Shown here: one piece after another, positions 9,653-19,191 of the stretch | Position numbering within the stretch: the first letter of the stretch is position 1 | Layout of the letters: every line of letters starts with the position of its first letter | Origin: a bacterium | GTDB taxonomy: Bacteria > Desulfobacterota > S145-22 | Assembly: GCA_026986155.1 (NCBI GenBank) | Contig: JALSPC010000047.1 | Span: forward strand, 1-51,019 | Direction: 5' to 3' | Length of the DNA stretch: 51,019 bases | Notes under the pieces: generated by a model | Seen by the model: only the letters and a program-made list of their open reading frames with translations | The model's database searches: none | What the model was told of the DNA's origin: nothing | Translations under genes and position numbers: made by a program

Positions 9653-10057
9653 GCGCTTACGGCTCATTTTTAGCATATCCATCTCGGAAGTGTCAATTCC
9701 CAAACAGAAAAGCAACCGCGAAGCATCATTTTGAAATATCAATAAATTAACCTGTATCGTAACTGCATTTATGTGTGGTAACAGTAAAAGAATGTTTGCG
9801 AATCACGACTGATAAGAACATAAGGTGATAAAAATACAAAGGACGCACTTCGGATCTTCTAACACGACATATTGACAGGATTAGCAGGATTAATTATTTA
9901 TAAGAAAACATCTCCTGTTTTCTCCATTCAGATTTTTTTATTCTCGGCAAAAGGGGAGTAAGTGTCTTTGAGGAGGTGATGCCCAAGATAGAAGATGCGG
10001 TTATCCTGGAGGAGTAGTAAAAAAAGGGGATGCTTCAAAAAAGTTGGGAGAAAGGTG

Positions 10058-11311
10058 ATGAAAAAAGAAAAATTCCATTATGGCTGGGTGGTCATCTTCA
10101 TGGGATTGCTCACCACCATCGCGGCCCACGGCTTCGGCCGCATGGCCTATACCATCATCCTTCCGGCGATGAAGGACGGCCTAAAATTCGATTATACGCA
10201 ACTTGGACTGCTGGGAACCGGAAATTTTATCGGTTACCTATCCATGGCCATCATCGGGGGATTTCTTGCGGCCCGGTTCGGAACCCGCATCGTGATTACC
10301 CTTGCACTGGTGTTGATGGGTGTCACCATGATGCTGACCGGGCTCGCGAACTCCTTCGGGTTTGCCTTGTCCATGCGTTTTTTGACCGGGCTGGGAAACG
10401 GGGCCGCTTACGTGCCGGCGATGGCGCTGGGATCCGCGTGGTTTGCCATGAGAAAACGGGGGTTTGCCACGGGCATTGTCTCGGCGGGAATCGGCATGGG
10501 AACATTGATCTCGGGACTGGTGGTTCCCCCAATTCTGAAGGCCTTTGGCGCCGACGGGTGGCGTTATTCCTGGTATATTCTCGGAGGCGCCGTCCTGGTC
10601 GTTTCGGGTATCGTGTTCCTTTTTGTCCGGAGTCGCCCGGAGGAGAAGGGCCTCCTGCCGGTTGGCGTGTCGGATGATGACGCGGAGGCATCCGCTTCCA
10701 GGCCGGGAGGCAAGGCCTCGGCCCTGGACTGGTCAAGGATCTACCGAAGGCCTTCGGTCTGGTATCTTGGCGTGGTCTATTTCTTTTACGGGCTGTCCTA
10801 CATCATCTACATGGTCTTTTTTGCCGCCTACCTGGTCAAGGAAATGGGGTATTCCCAGGCATGGGCAGGGGCGCTCTGGGCGACCGTCGGAGGGCTGAGT
10901 ATCTTCTGCGGCATTATCTGGGGCGGCATCTCGGACCGCCTCGGAAGAAGCCGGGGGGCGGCCCTTGCTTACCTGGTTCTCGGGGCTTCCTATATCATTT
11001 ACGCCCTAATCAAGGTGAAATTCGGGTTTTACCTTTCGGCGTTCATGTTCGGGCTGACGGCCTGGAGTATTCCCACCATCATGGCGGCGGCGGCCGGTGA
11101 TTTTGTCGGCCCCCGCCTGGCTCCGGCGGGGCTGGGGTTTATCACCCTTTTCTTCGGCATCGGCCAGGCAATCGGTCCCGCCCTGGGGGGCTACCTGGCA
11201 GATGTCAGCCATTCTTTCACCCTTCCCTTTCTGGTGGCAGGGGGAATCTCACTGGTAGGGATGGTGCTCTCCCTGTATATGAAAAAGCCGGTACAGGAAG
11301 AATCGGGTTGA
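10058..11311 (+). CDS. MFS transporter (YbfB/YjiJ-like)
   Basis: About 12 hydrophobic segments, GFGRMAYTIILPAM, NFIGYL, WGGISDRLGR; start taken at ATG 10058 after AAAGG. Confidence 0.85.
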   Translation: MKKEKFHYGWVVIFMGLLTTIAAHGFGRMAYTIILPAMKDGLKFDYTQLGLLGTGNFIGYLSMAIIGGFLAARFGTRIVITLALVLMGVTMMLTGLANSFGFALSMRFLTGLGNGAAYVPAMALGSAWFAMRKRGFATGIVSAGIGMGTLISGLVVPPILKAFGADGWRYSWYILGGAVLVVSGIVFLFVRSRPEEKGLLPVGVSDDDAEASASRPGGKASALDWSRIYRRPSVWYLGVVYFFYGLSYIIYMVFFAAYLVKEMGYSQAWAGALWATVGGLSIFCGIIWGGISDRLGRSRGAALAYLVLGASYIIYALIKVKFGFYLSAFMFGLTAWSIPTIMAAAAGDFVGPRLAPAGLGFITLFFGIGQAIGPALGGYLADVSHSFTLPFLVAGGISLVGMVLSLYMKKPVQEESG

Positions 11312-11391
11312 ACAAGATCTCCAAGACTCAGGGGATGAACCACGGGTGAAAATGGGATCAGCTTAATGTCCCGAAACCCACGGTGGCACGT

Positions 11392-12036
11392 TTACTTGTT
11401 AAGTTTTTCCGCCGCCTCGGAAAGCAAGGTCTTGAACCGGTCCAGCGTGACGGGATAGGACTGGATGGGAAGCCCCATCCAGTCGGAGTAGTCGAGAAAC
11501 GCCTCCGGCTTTTCCTCCATGTACTTCTCGGTATAGCCGACGGCGTCCAGCACGATGGCTATGGAATGGCGGCCGAAGTTCTCGTTGGCCCGGGCCTTGT
11601 CCATCCCTTTGAAGACCTGGTTCCGGTACTTGATCCAGCCCGGCGTCATCCACCAGACGCTCTCGCCCCCGGCCACTTCCTGGGCAATGCGGTCGCGCTC
11701 CTCCTCTCCGGCGACCATGTCCATGCAGTGGGTGGCGTTGACGCGCGCCACGTTCGGCTGCAGTTCGGCCATCAGCGTCTTCATGGTCCGGGTGGGATTC
11801 TTCGTGTTGACGTAGCAGAACTTTCCCCCGTAAACCACGATGACGCCCAGGGCCACTTTCTTGGCCCTGGCCACCTTTTCGAAGAGCTGCCGTTCCAGCT
11901 CGAACGGGTCCTGGTGAAGCCCGGGCGTGGTATAAAAAACGTGTTTCGTGTCGAGGAATCCCTCGTCCCGCAGGGCCTGGATTTCCAGGCTCATGACACC
12001 GCACGAAACGACGGCGAGATCGGTAAAAGAAGTCAT
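11392..12036 (-). CDS. DUF1638 domain protein
   Basis: VVSCGVM..PGLH..P..L, VVYG..C, THCMDM, WMTPGW pattern; ATG 12036 follows GGAGGA. Confidence 0.75.
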   Translation of the reverse strand: MTSFTDLAVVSCGVMSLEIQALRDEGFLDTKHVFYTTPGLHQDPFELERQLFEKVARAKKVALGVIVVYGGKFCYVNTKNPTRTMKTLMAELQPNVARVNATHCMDMVAGEEERDRIAQEVAGGESVWWMTPGWIKYRNQVFKGMDKARANENFGRHSIAIVLDAVGYTEKYMEEKPEAFLDYSDWMGLPIQSYPVTLDRFKTLLSEAAEKLNK

Positions 12037-12169
12037 GTTTGATCCTCCTCCAACGGGTAAAAACACAGGGTTCTTTTCCAATATGGTTCCCGGAGAGGTT
12101 CAAGTCAAGGAGTTTCATGAAAGATTGGATTTTAAAAGTCCCGCGCAACATGGTAGGCTGGGTTGTTCA

Positions 12170-12450
12170 TCGCAGGGAGACAACGAGAACGTGGCCATTC
12201 CCTATGCCGCGGGATGCCGGACCATCGGAATCTACCCCTACCGGGAGGCCGAGGCTAAAAAGCCGCGCACCGTCGTTGGGCTGACCGGCGTCTCCGCCCG
12301 CGTGGCCATCCGCGGGCAGCTTGGGGATAACCTCATGACCTTTACCGTCCCCCTTTGACATGTTTCAGGAGATGGAAGAAAACGTGGAGGGCTCTTTCCT
12401 TCAGGGACCGACCTGGTTAGGATTGCCGAGGGGAAAAAAGAAGGTCAAAC
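12170..12450 (+). pseudogene. C-terminal relic of a DUF169-like gene, frameshifted
   Basis: ENVAIPYAAGCRTIGIYPYREA..RTVVGLT..SAR..NLMTFTVP continues as FDMFQEMEENVEGSFLQGPTW in another frame after a C5 run at 12349-12353; no 5' half. Confidence 0.6.
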
Positions 12451-12515
12451 CTCTTGCAACAAGCGACAAGACGGATTAGAGTTGAACCAATCGCGGGGAA
12501 ATTTATGATTGATAA

Positions 12516-13745
12516 ATGGAGTGTCATCCCTTGAAAAGGGGGAGTGGGTCCCTTGCTGTCCTGGGGAGCGCCCTTTGCATCTTCTGGCCGGGCGCCCTGA
12601 TCTTCGGGTATCCCGGGGTCATGGCCGCCTACTGGCAGGAAGTCTTTCACGTCGGGCGGGGGGCCATCGGGAACATCCTCTTTTTTGTTCTTTCCGCCGT
12701 GGGCCTCCTCATGTTTTTCGTGGGTCGCTGGCAGAAACGGTTTGGCCTCAGGAAGATGATGTTTCTCGGCACGTTCATCTGCGGCCTGCCCCTGCTGATC
12801 CTTGCCTTCACCCCGAATCTCTACCTGCTTTACTTGTGGGCGTTTCTCACCGGCGCCGCCTCCTGCTTCATCTACATTCCCGCCCTGACCATCGTCCAGG
12901 CCTGGTACCCGGAAAGGCGCGGCCTCGTGACGGGCATCGTCAATTTCGTCTTTGCCGCCTCGGCGGCCGGGATGGCCCCCCTCTTCAACCGGATGTTCCG
13001 GTCCATGGGTTATCGCCCTATGAATCTCCTCCTAATGATCCTGGTCATCGCTACGGGGCTGGTGGCCGTGGCGATGACGGGCATGCCGGGGAGGGAGCAC
13101 GCGGCGCGCGGGAACAGAGCTTCCCAAATGGCACCGGGAGACGACCTGACGGTCGGGCAGGCCGTTCGCACGAGGAGCTTCTGGTTTTTGTGGGGCGTGT
13201 GGGCCTTGCAGGGGGCGGCGGGGATCTCCATGGTGACCCTGGCCATTCCGTTCGGGAAATCGAAGGGGCTTAGCGTGGGGCTTGCCGTTGGCATCCTCAC
13301 GGCCTTCAACCTGACCAGCGGAATCAGCCGGCTCGTCATCGGGAGCCTCTCCGACCGGGTGGGGAGAAACGTTCTCATGAGCCTCTCCTTCTTCGCCGCC
13401 GCCGCGGCCTACTTCGCCCTGCCCCATGTATCATCGACCGGGGCCATCATGGCCCTGGCGGCAATGATCGGCGTGGCCTTCGGAACCCAGTTCGCCGTCT
13501 CGGCGCCCCTGGTGACGGACTGCTTCGGCCTGGCCCACTTCGGGGCTATCTTCGGGCTTGTCTTCACCGCCTACGGCTTCGTCTCGGGGCTCATCGGCCC
13601 CACCCTGAGCGGCGTTCTCCTCGATATCACCCGCGGCAATTTCACGGTAGTCTTCTCCAACCTGGGCCTCTTCTGCCTGGTATCGAGCGGACTCATCCTC
13701 GGGGTTCGGAAGGTCCATGGCGCGAAGTTTAAGGCCCGAGATTGA
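12516..13745 (+). CDS. MFS transporter (oxalate/formate antiporter-like)
   Basis: Hydrophobic helices, WYPERRGLVTG, RSFWFLW, GSLSDRVGR, FGLAHFGAIFG. Confidence 0.82.
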   Translation: MECHPLKRGSGSLAVLGSALCIFWPGALIFGYPGVMAAYWQEVFHVGRGAIGNILFFVLSAVGLLMFFVGRWQKRFGLRKMMFLGTFICGLPLLILAFTPNLYLLYLWAFLTGAASCFIYIPALTIVQAWYPERRGLVTGIVNFVFAASAAGMAPLFNRMFRSMGYRPMNLLLMILVIATGLVAVAMTGMPGREHAARGNRASQMAPGDDLTVGQAVRTRSFWFLWGVWALQGAAGISMVTLAIPFGKSKGLSVGLAVGILTAFNLTSGISRLVIGSLSDRVGRNVLMSLSFFAAAAAYFALPHVSSTGAIMALAAMIGVAFGTQFAVSAPLVTDCFGLAHFGAIFGLVFTAYGFVSGLIGPTLSGVLLDITRGNFTVVFSNLGLFCLVSSGLILGVRKVHGAKFKARD

Positions 13746-13767
13746 AAAGATCCGAAATCCCGGGAAT

Positions 13768-13937
13768 CTACCCCTCCCGCTTGCGGAGCTCCTCCCGGCG
13801 CATCTGCCTTCGAAGCATCTTACCCACCTTGGACTTGGGGAGCATGTCGCGGAATTCGATGTAGTGGGGGACTTTGTAGGACGCCAGACGTTCCCGGCAC
13901 CACGACATGAGTTCGTAGCCGCTCATGCCCCGCGTGA
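13768..13937 (-). pseudogene. C-terminal fragment of a long-chain acyl-CoA ligase (AMP-binding C domain)
   Basis: Minus frame reads [52 protein letters not shown]; PKSKVGK is the A10 lysine motif; remainder absent. Confidence 0.75.
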
Positions 13938-13939
13938 CA

Positions 13940-13987
13940 GGCATCGTTTCAAGGATCTCATCGTCTTTCCTTAATGGTAAATAATCC
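13940..13987. repeat. Degenerate direct copy of the higB/higA junction (14381-14433)
   Basis: 13940-13980 matches 14381-14421 at 38 of 41 positions by manual alignment. Confidence 0.85.
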
Positions 13988-14075
13988 TACACCCACAGTT
14001 TATCCAGGATGGCCTGGTTGATGAGGTGCTCCCGTTTGCCGTGGGCAATCTGGCAATAGAGGGCTGGGGGATAAA
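13984..14075 (-). repeat. Degenerate copy of the 3' end of the ferritin-FNT gene
   Basis: 13984-14031 matches 14781-14828 at 42 of 48; translates QIAHGKREHLINQAILDKLWV* versus QIVHAKKEH..KKEHLISQAILDKLRL*. Confidence 0.85.
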
Positions 14076-14093
14076 AACGATGAAATCCTTGAG

Positions 14094-14402
14094 TTACGAG
14101 CGGGCTGTCAGATACACGACGGGTTTTACCTCTTTCCAGGCACTCGACGCGTGCTCCGCCCGCCAGAGATCATAGTTTTTTTGCAGATTCAACCAGAGGT
14201 CCGGAGATGTGTCGAAGGCCCGGGAAAGACGAAGCGCCATCTCCGGCGTGACAGCCCCCTTCCCGTTTATGATTTTTGAAAAGGTTTTGCGGGAGACTCC
14301 AACGATTTCAGATAGGCGGGTAACCGTCAGTCCCAGTGGTTTCATATAGTCTTCCCGGAGGATTTCACCCGGATGAACCGGGCATCGTTTCAAGGGTCTC
14401 AT
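14094..14402 (-). CDS. higA: HigA-family antitoxin (Xre HTH)
   Basis: PVHPGEILREDY, TPEMALRLSRAF.TS..LWLNLQ..YDL. Confidence 0.92.
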   Translation of the reverse strand: MRPLKRCPVHPGEILREDYMKPLGLTVTRLSEIVGVSRKTFSKIINGKGAVTPEMALRLSRAFDTSPDLWLNLQKNYDLWRAEHASSAWKEVKPVVYLTARS

Positions 14403-14411
14403 CTTCTTTCC

Positions 14412-14693
14412 TCAATGGTAATCGTTATAATCCACTTCGTAGGCGTTTCCTTCGATAAATTTGAAAATTATACGCCAGTTTCCGGAAACACATTTACGGC
14501 ATTATATCCTTTTTTATCTCCTGTCAATTTATGCAAGTTGGAGCCTGGGTATCTCATATCTTTCAATTCACAGGCGGCATGAAGTCGATCGAGAATTCTT
14601 TCCAATCTGTTTGTTTGTTCTGGTTTGATGCCCTTTTTGGAACCCGTATAAAAGAATTCTTCAAGCCCTTTATGCCTAAATGACTTAAATCAC
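14412..14693 (-). pseudogene. higB: HigB/RelE-family toxin, two frameshifts
   Basis: Reconstructed MI/KSFRHKGLEEFFYTGSKKGI..LHKLTGDKKGYNAVNV/SGNWRIIFKFIEGNAYEVDYNDYH*; GTG ATT TAA stop at the start and second shift near 14488. Confidence 0.85.
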
Positions 14694-14698
14694 TTTTA

Positions 14699-14728
14699 AA
14701 GTGTAACCCAAAAGGTTACACTTGTCAA
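14699..14728 (-). promoter_or_regulatory. higBA sigma70 promoter with overlapping palindromic operator
   Basis: TTGACA (14728-14723), 17 nt, TACACT (14705-14700); inverted repeat aagtgtaacc-caaaa-ggttacactt at 14699-14723. Confidence 0.75.
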
Positions 14729-14783
14729 CACGCCGTATATTTTTTTCAATCCTTGCAGTCTAATATGTGAAGCCTAAATGATC

Positions 14784-16076
14784 CTACAACCGCAGCTTGT
14801 CCAGGATTGCCTGGCTGATGAGGTGCTCTTTCTTCTTCTCGTAGCGTTCGTGTTCCTTCTTGGCGTGGACGATCTGGAGGTAGTGGAGCAGAGAGATGAA
14901 GAGGAGGCCGCCGGTCAGGTTGCCCACGACGCCGGGGACGAAGATCTTCTTGAACCAGAGGAGGATGGAGATATCGGCCCCCATGACCATGCCGAGGAAG
15001 ACCTCGGATGTGGAAACGATGACGTGCGTGAAAGAAAGGGAAGCCAGGATGAAGATGGTGGACCAGATGGCGATCATCTTGACCACGCTGTCCTTGGCGG
15101 CCAGGACGAGCCAGGTCATGGTCGTGATGATGACGCCCGCCCAGAAGGCGCTGAAGAACTCGGAAAGGTAGGGGCGGGAAACCTTGTACACGGATAGGTG
15201 GCGCAGGTGATCGATGGGCAGGGCGCCGATGGAATGCACCCCACCGAGGGCGACGAGCAGGGTGAAGGCGACGGCTCCGAAGAGGTTGCCGAAGAGGGTC
15301 CAGAACCAGAGTTTCCCGAGCTTGGAAACCGGTTCCCGGCCCTCGAAGACGGGCGCCACCGGGACGAGAAAGTTTTCCGTGAAGAGCTCGCTCCGGGAGA
15401 GTTTCAGGAGGATGAAGCCGATGGGAAAGATGGCGGCCCCAAGGATGTAGGCGGCCTTTTCGCCCAGGAGGCCCGCGAACCCTCCGGCGACGGCTGACAT
15501 GGCGAGGGCGCCGAAGGTGACATGCAAGGCGCCGATGATCCCCGACATGAACATCTCCAGCCAAGTCCGGTTCAGGCGGCTGACGCCCGTCTCGACGGAC
15601 TCGATGAAAACATCGAGGGGACTCTCCGATTCCGAGAGGTTGTCCACCTTCCGGAATTCCTTGATCAGCCCAAAATAGAGATCCCCGTGGCGGATCTCGT
15701 CTTCCAGGATTCTCGCGATGGCGGCCTTAGCCCGGGCGTCCTCGATGGTGAGCAGGTCATTCTTGTACTCGATGATGGCCTGGCGTTCAAGGACGTAGTT
15801 GAGGCGCATGAGGTCGGCGTCGTTTTTCAGGTTCCCCACGATCTCCATGACCTTGTTCTCGAGGGTCGCGTCGAACATGCGGGGGGTGCCGCCCAGGCGG
15901 ACGATTTCGGCCCTCAGAAGGCGCGCGTGCTCCCGCTCCTCGGCCGCGGTGGACTTGAGAAGGAGGGTCGTGTCCATGTCCTCAAACCTTTCCGCCATGA
16001 GGGTGTAGATCTTGTTGGCCGTGAGCTCGGCGGTGAGGTGCTCGTTGAGCCGTTCGATGAGGGTATCGCGGTTCAT
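14784..16076 (-). CDS. Fusion: ferritin-like di-iron domain + formate/nitrite transporter (YfdC-like FNT)
   Basis: N-terminal E..EEREH..E..EDEIRH four-helix pattern; C-terminal ELFTEN, GNLFG, FTHVI, GNLTGG FNT motifs with hydrophobic helices. Confidence 0.82.
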   Translation of the reverse strand: MNRDTLIERLNEHLTAELTANKIYTLMAERFEDMDTTLLLKSTAAEEREHARLLRAEIVRLGGTPRMFDATLENKVMEIVGNLKNDADLMRLNYVLERQAIIEYKNDLLTIEDARAKAAIARILEDEIRHGDLYFGLIKEFRKVDNLSESESPLDVFIESVETGVSRLNRTWLEMFMSGIIGALHVTFGALAMSAVAGGFAGLLGEKAAYILGAAIFPIGFILLKLSRSELFTENFLVPVAPVFEGREPVSKLGKLWFWTLFGNLFGAVAFTLLVALGGVHSIGALPIDHLRHLSVYKVSRPYLSEFFSAFWAGVIITTMTWLVLAAKDSVVKMIAIWSTIFILASLSFTHVIVSTSEVFLGMVMGADISILLWFKKIFVPGVVGNLTGGLLFISLLHYLQIVHAKKEHERYEKKKEHLISQAILDKLRL

Positions 16077-17245
16077 GAGTCGGGTCCCTCCTTGTGAAGG
16101 GTGAGAACCTTTTGATAGAAGCTTTCCACCGTCCGGACCTGCCGATCGAGTCGGAACTCGTTTAAGGCGAAGTCCTTCGCGGCCCTGGCCAGGGCGTCCC
16201 GCTGTTTTTCGTCCGTCGCCAGGGCGTAGATGGCCTCCGCGAGGTTTTCCGGCGTGTCCTCCACGACCACCCCAGCGTTTCCCTCGTCCACCAGCTCCGG
16301 CAGCATCCCCCGTTTCGCCACGATGACGGGCAGCCCCATGACCATGGCCTCCCGGAGGGCCCGGGCGGTGCCGTCCGAGCCGGGGGTGAGGAAGGCGAAG
16401 GCGTCCATGGCGGCGAGGGTGTCGAAGTAATCGTCCACGCGGTAGCCGGCCAGGATGACCCGGTCTTCCAAGCGGAATTTTTTGACGGGAGCCTCCACGC
16501 TCTCCTTGATCTCCCCGCTTCGTCCCACCAGGAGCAGTCGGAGATGGGGGAGGCGGTCCCGAAGGAGGTGGACGGCCTCAATGAGCCGGTCCGTTCCCCG
16601 ATATTTCTGAAAACGCGCCACGTTTCCCACCACGAAGGCGTCCCCGGGGATGCCGAAGGCGGGCCGCATGTGCTCGTAGGCACGGTGAAAGTCGGGGCGG
16701 TCCAGGTCGAGGGCCGGGTTGACGATGACCATCCGCTTCAGGGGAAAGGCGAAGCGTTCCCGGAGGAGATTAAAAGAGCGCCGGGAAAAGGTAACGAGCC
16801 CGTCGGTGAAACGGGAAAGGAGGAACTTGTTGGAGAAGGAAGGGGCGAGGGAATCCCGTTTGTGGTCCATGCGGACGACGGGGGGACGGCTCCGGCAGAC
16901 GCGCGCGGCGATACCGCCCACCAGGTGGTCGTGGGAGCGGTGAACCTGGACGAGGTCGAATCCCCCCCGGTCGATGAAAGATGGCAGGTGCCGAAGGTCG
17001 TGGATCGTGCCGGGGATGGAGGACCAGTTGTTCCACTTGAGGACGTGGGAGAGCTTAAAACGGGTCACGGGCGTCAGCCGGTAACGGCCCATGTAGGCAT
17101 GGATGCAGCGGTCGGTCTCGTAGGGGGGGAGCCCGTAGGCGAAGGTGATTTCGTGGCCCCGCGAGGCGAGGGCGTTCATGATATTGAGGACCGGTTCGAT
17201 GGGGCCGGTCCACTTCCAGTCGCTGTAGAGGTTCAGGATCTTCAC
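16073..17245 (-). CDS. GT4 family glycosyltransferase
   Basis: [27 protein letters not shown]. Confidence 0.88.
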   Translation of the reverse strand: MKILNLYSDWKWTGPIEPVLNIMNALASRGHEITFAYGLPPYETDRCIHAYMGRYRLTPVTRFKLSHVLKWNNWSSIPGTIHDLRHLPSFIDRGGFDLVQVHRSHDHLVGGIAARVCRSRPPVVRMDHKRDSLAPSFSNKFLLSRFTDGLVTFSRRSFNLLRERFAFPLKRMVIVNPALDLDRPDFHRAYEHMRPAFGIPGDAFVVGNVARFQKYRGTDRLIEAVHLLRDRLPHLRLLLVGRSGEIKESVEAPVKKFRLEDRVILAGYRVDDYFDTLAAMDAFAFLTPGSDGTARALREAMVMGLPVIVAKRGMLPELVDEGNAGVVVEDTPENLAEAIYALATDEKQRDALARAAKDFALNEFRLDRQVRTVESFYQKVLTLHKEGPDS

Positions 17246-17730
17246 GCGTCGGCGTCCTTGATGACATCGATCAGGGTGGACGAGGCGTGATCCTTGGGAT
17301 CCCCCACGATGGCTACTCTTCCCCCGTATTCCCGGACGACCGCCCGTTCCGGGACGGACTCCTCCGTGTAGTCGGTTCCCTTGGCGTGGATGTGGGGCTT
17401 GAGCAGCCTGAGGAGGGGCTCCACGGTGTCCGTGTGGAAGAGTGTGAGGTAGTCGACCATCTCCAGCGCGGCAAGGATCTCGAGGCGCTCCGATTCCGGG
17501 ACGACGGGACGTCCCTTTCCCTTGAGACGGCGGGTGGAGGCGTCGCTGTTGACGGCGACGACGAGGATGTCCGCCAAGGCCTTGGCGCCCCGGAGGTAAC
17601 GGACATGCCCCACGTGGAGGATGTCGAAGCAGCCGTTGGTGAAGACGACGGTCTTGCCTTCTCCCTTGAGCCGGTCGAGGGTTTCTTTCAGGACGGCGTG
17701 GTCAAGGACGATGCGTCCCATGGGGGACAT
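17242..17730 (-). CDS. rfaE2: D-glycero-beta-D-manno-heptose 1-phosphate adenylyltransferase (HldE domain II)
   Basis: [32 protein letters not shown]. Confidence 0.9.
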   Translation of the reverse strand: MSPMGRIVLDHAVLKETLDRLKGEGKTVVFTNGCFDILHVGHVRYLRGAKALADILVVAVNSDASTRRLKGKGRPVVPESERLEILAALEMVDYLTLFHTDTVEPLLRLLKPHIHAKGTDYTEESVPERAVVREYGGRVAIVGDPKDHASSTLIDVIKDADA

Positions 17731-18727
17731 GCTCGCTTTCTATGAAGGTCAAAAGTTCCCGGGGAGTCAGGGTGGCGGCGCCCCGCTTCATGACGACGAT
17801 CCCGCCGCCGTAATTGGCGATCCGCGCCGCGTCCTTGTAGGTGGCGCCGCAGACCTTCGCGAGGGTGAACAGGGCGGCCACGGTGTCCCCCGCCCCCGTG
17901 ACGTCGATGATTTCGTCGGAGCCCACGATGGGGATGCGGGTTACCTCCCCGCCGTCCTCGAAGAGGGCCATGCCGTGGTTTCCCATGGTGACGAGCAGGG
18001 CCTCCAGGTCCAGGCCTCGATAGAAGTCCCGGCCGATGTCCAGGAGCTCCGCCTCGTTTTCCGCCGTCCGGCCCGCGGCCATCTGGAGCTCGGATTCGTT
18101 GGGGGTCATGACGTGGACCCCGGAAAACTCCCGGAGCCGGTAGCGCGAGTCCACCACGGTGAACCGCTTCTCCGAGATTGCCTTTAGGGCCTCGAGAATC
18201 CGCCCGCTGATGAGCTGGTAGCCGTAGTCGGAGATGAGAAACGCGTCCACCTCGTCGGCCAGGGCGCGGATGTGCTCCAGTATCCGGTTTTCCACCTCCG
18301 GTGGAAAGGGGCCCGGCGCCTCCTTGTCGATCCGGATGACCTGCTGTTTGGAGGTATGGTCGTCGCCCGCCAGGATGCGCATCTTGGTGGTGGTGGGAAT
18401 CTCCGGGGTAACCTCGATGAAGTCGGTGGGAATGTCCCTCTCCCGGAAGATGGACAGGAGGGTCGCGCCGGCGGAATCGATACCCAGGCGGCTGATGGGG
18501 ATCACCTGGCAGCCCATGGCTGCCAGGTTGAGGATGGTGTTTCCCGCGCTGCCGGGAAGGAGCCGTTCCCCGTCGTAGCGGACCACGAGGACGGGTGCCT
18601 CCCGGGAGAGTTTCATCGGTTTGCCGTAGATGTACTGGTCCGCGACGATGTCCCCGATGACGGCGATGCGGGCGCCTGGAAAGCGGGAGATGATCTCTTC
18701 GTAGCTTTTGAGGTTTTCAGGCGTCAT
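17702..18727 (-). CDS. rfaE1: D-glycero-beta-D-manno-heptose 7-phosphate kinase (HldE domain I, PfkB family)
   Basis: [36 protein letters not shown]. Confidence 0.9.
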   Translation of the reverse strand: MTPENLKSYEEIISRFPGARIAVIGDIVADQYIYGKPMKLSREAPVLVVRYDGERLLPGSAGNTILNLAAMGCQVIPISRLGIDSAGATLLSIFRERDIPTDFIEVTPEIPTTTKMRILAGDDHTSKQQVIRIDKEAPGPFPPEVENRILEHIRALADEVDAFLISDYGYQLISGRILEALKAISEKRFTVVDSRYRLREFSGVHVMTPNESELQMAAGRTAENEAELLDIGRDFYRGLDLEALLVTMGNHGMALFEDGGEVTRIPIVGSDEIIDVTGAGDTVAALFTLAKVCGATYKDAARIANYGGGIVVMKRGAATLTPRELLTFIESEHVPHGTHRP

Positions 18728-18777
18728 CGATTCTCCTGGAGAATTTGCCTAATGGGTACACATCTCGCGCGGCCTTG

Positions 18778-19191
18778 TCAAGGCGTGCCGACGAGGCACC
18801 GGGTGAAGGATTCGGGAAGCCGGACGAGCCTCCCCGCCATGTCCGTGCAGACGTGCTTGGTATAGCCTTGGGCGAGCAATTGGCCGGTGGCATCGTTGAA
18901 AATCTTGTACCCGAAGACGAGGGTCTTTTTCTTCAATTCCTGGATGGTGGTCTCGACCCGGACGCGCTCGTCGTAGCGGGCGGGGGCCTTGTAACGGCAG
19001 TGGGCGTCGGCTACCATGAGGCGGAAACCGCTTGTCTCCAGCTCAGCGTAGCTGAATCCCATCCGGCGGCAATACTCGGCGCGGCCCATCTCGAACCAGA
19101 CGAGGTAGTTGGCGTAATAGACCACCCCCATCTGGTCGGTCTCGGCGTATCTCACCCGCAGCGTGAGGGAGACGACCGGGGTCTCCATCAC
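18778..19191 (-). CDS. YbgC/4HBT-family acyl-CoA thioesterase
   Basis: RVRYAETDQMGVVYYANYLVWFEMGR. Confidence 0.9.
   Translation of the reverse strand: MMETPVVSLTLRVRYAETDQMGVVYYANYLVWFEMGRAEYCRRMGFSYAELETSGFRLMVADAHCRYKAPARYDERVRVETTIQELKKKTLVFGYKIFNDATGQLLAQGYTKHVCTDMAGRLVRLPESFTRCLVGTP

Noticed and set aside
11383-11400. TGGCACG as a sigma54 promoter (also near 25914)
   Set aside because: No GC at the -12 position
9660-14780. tRNA-Ser-anchored genomic island
   Set aside because: The accessory patch lies on the 5' side of the tRNAs and no att repeat is visible
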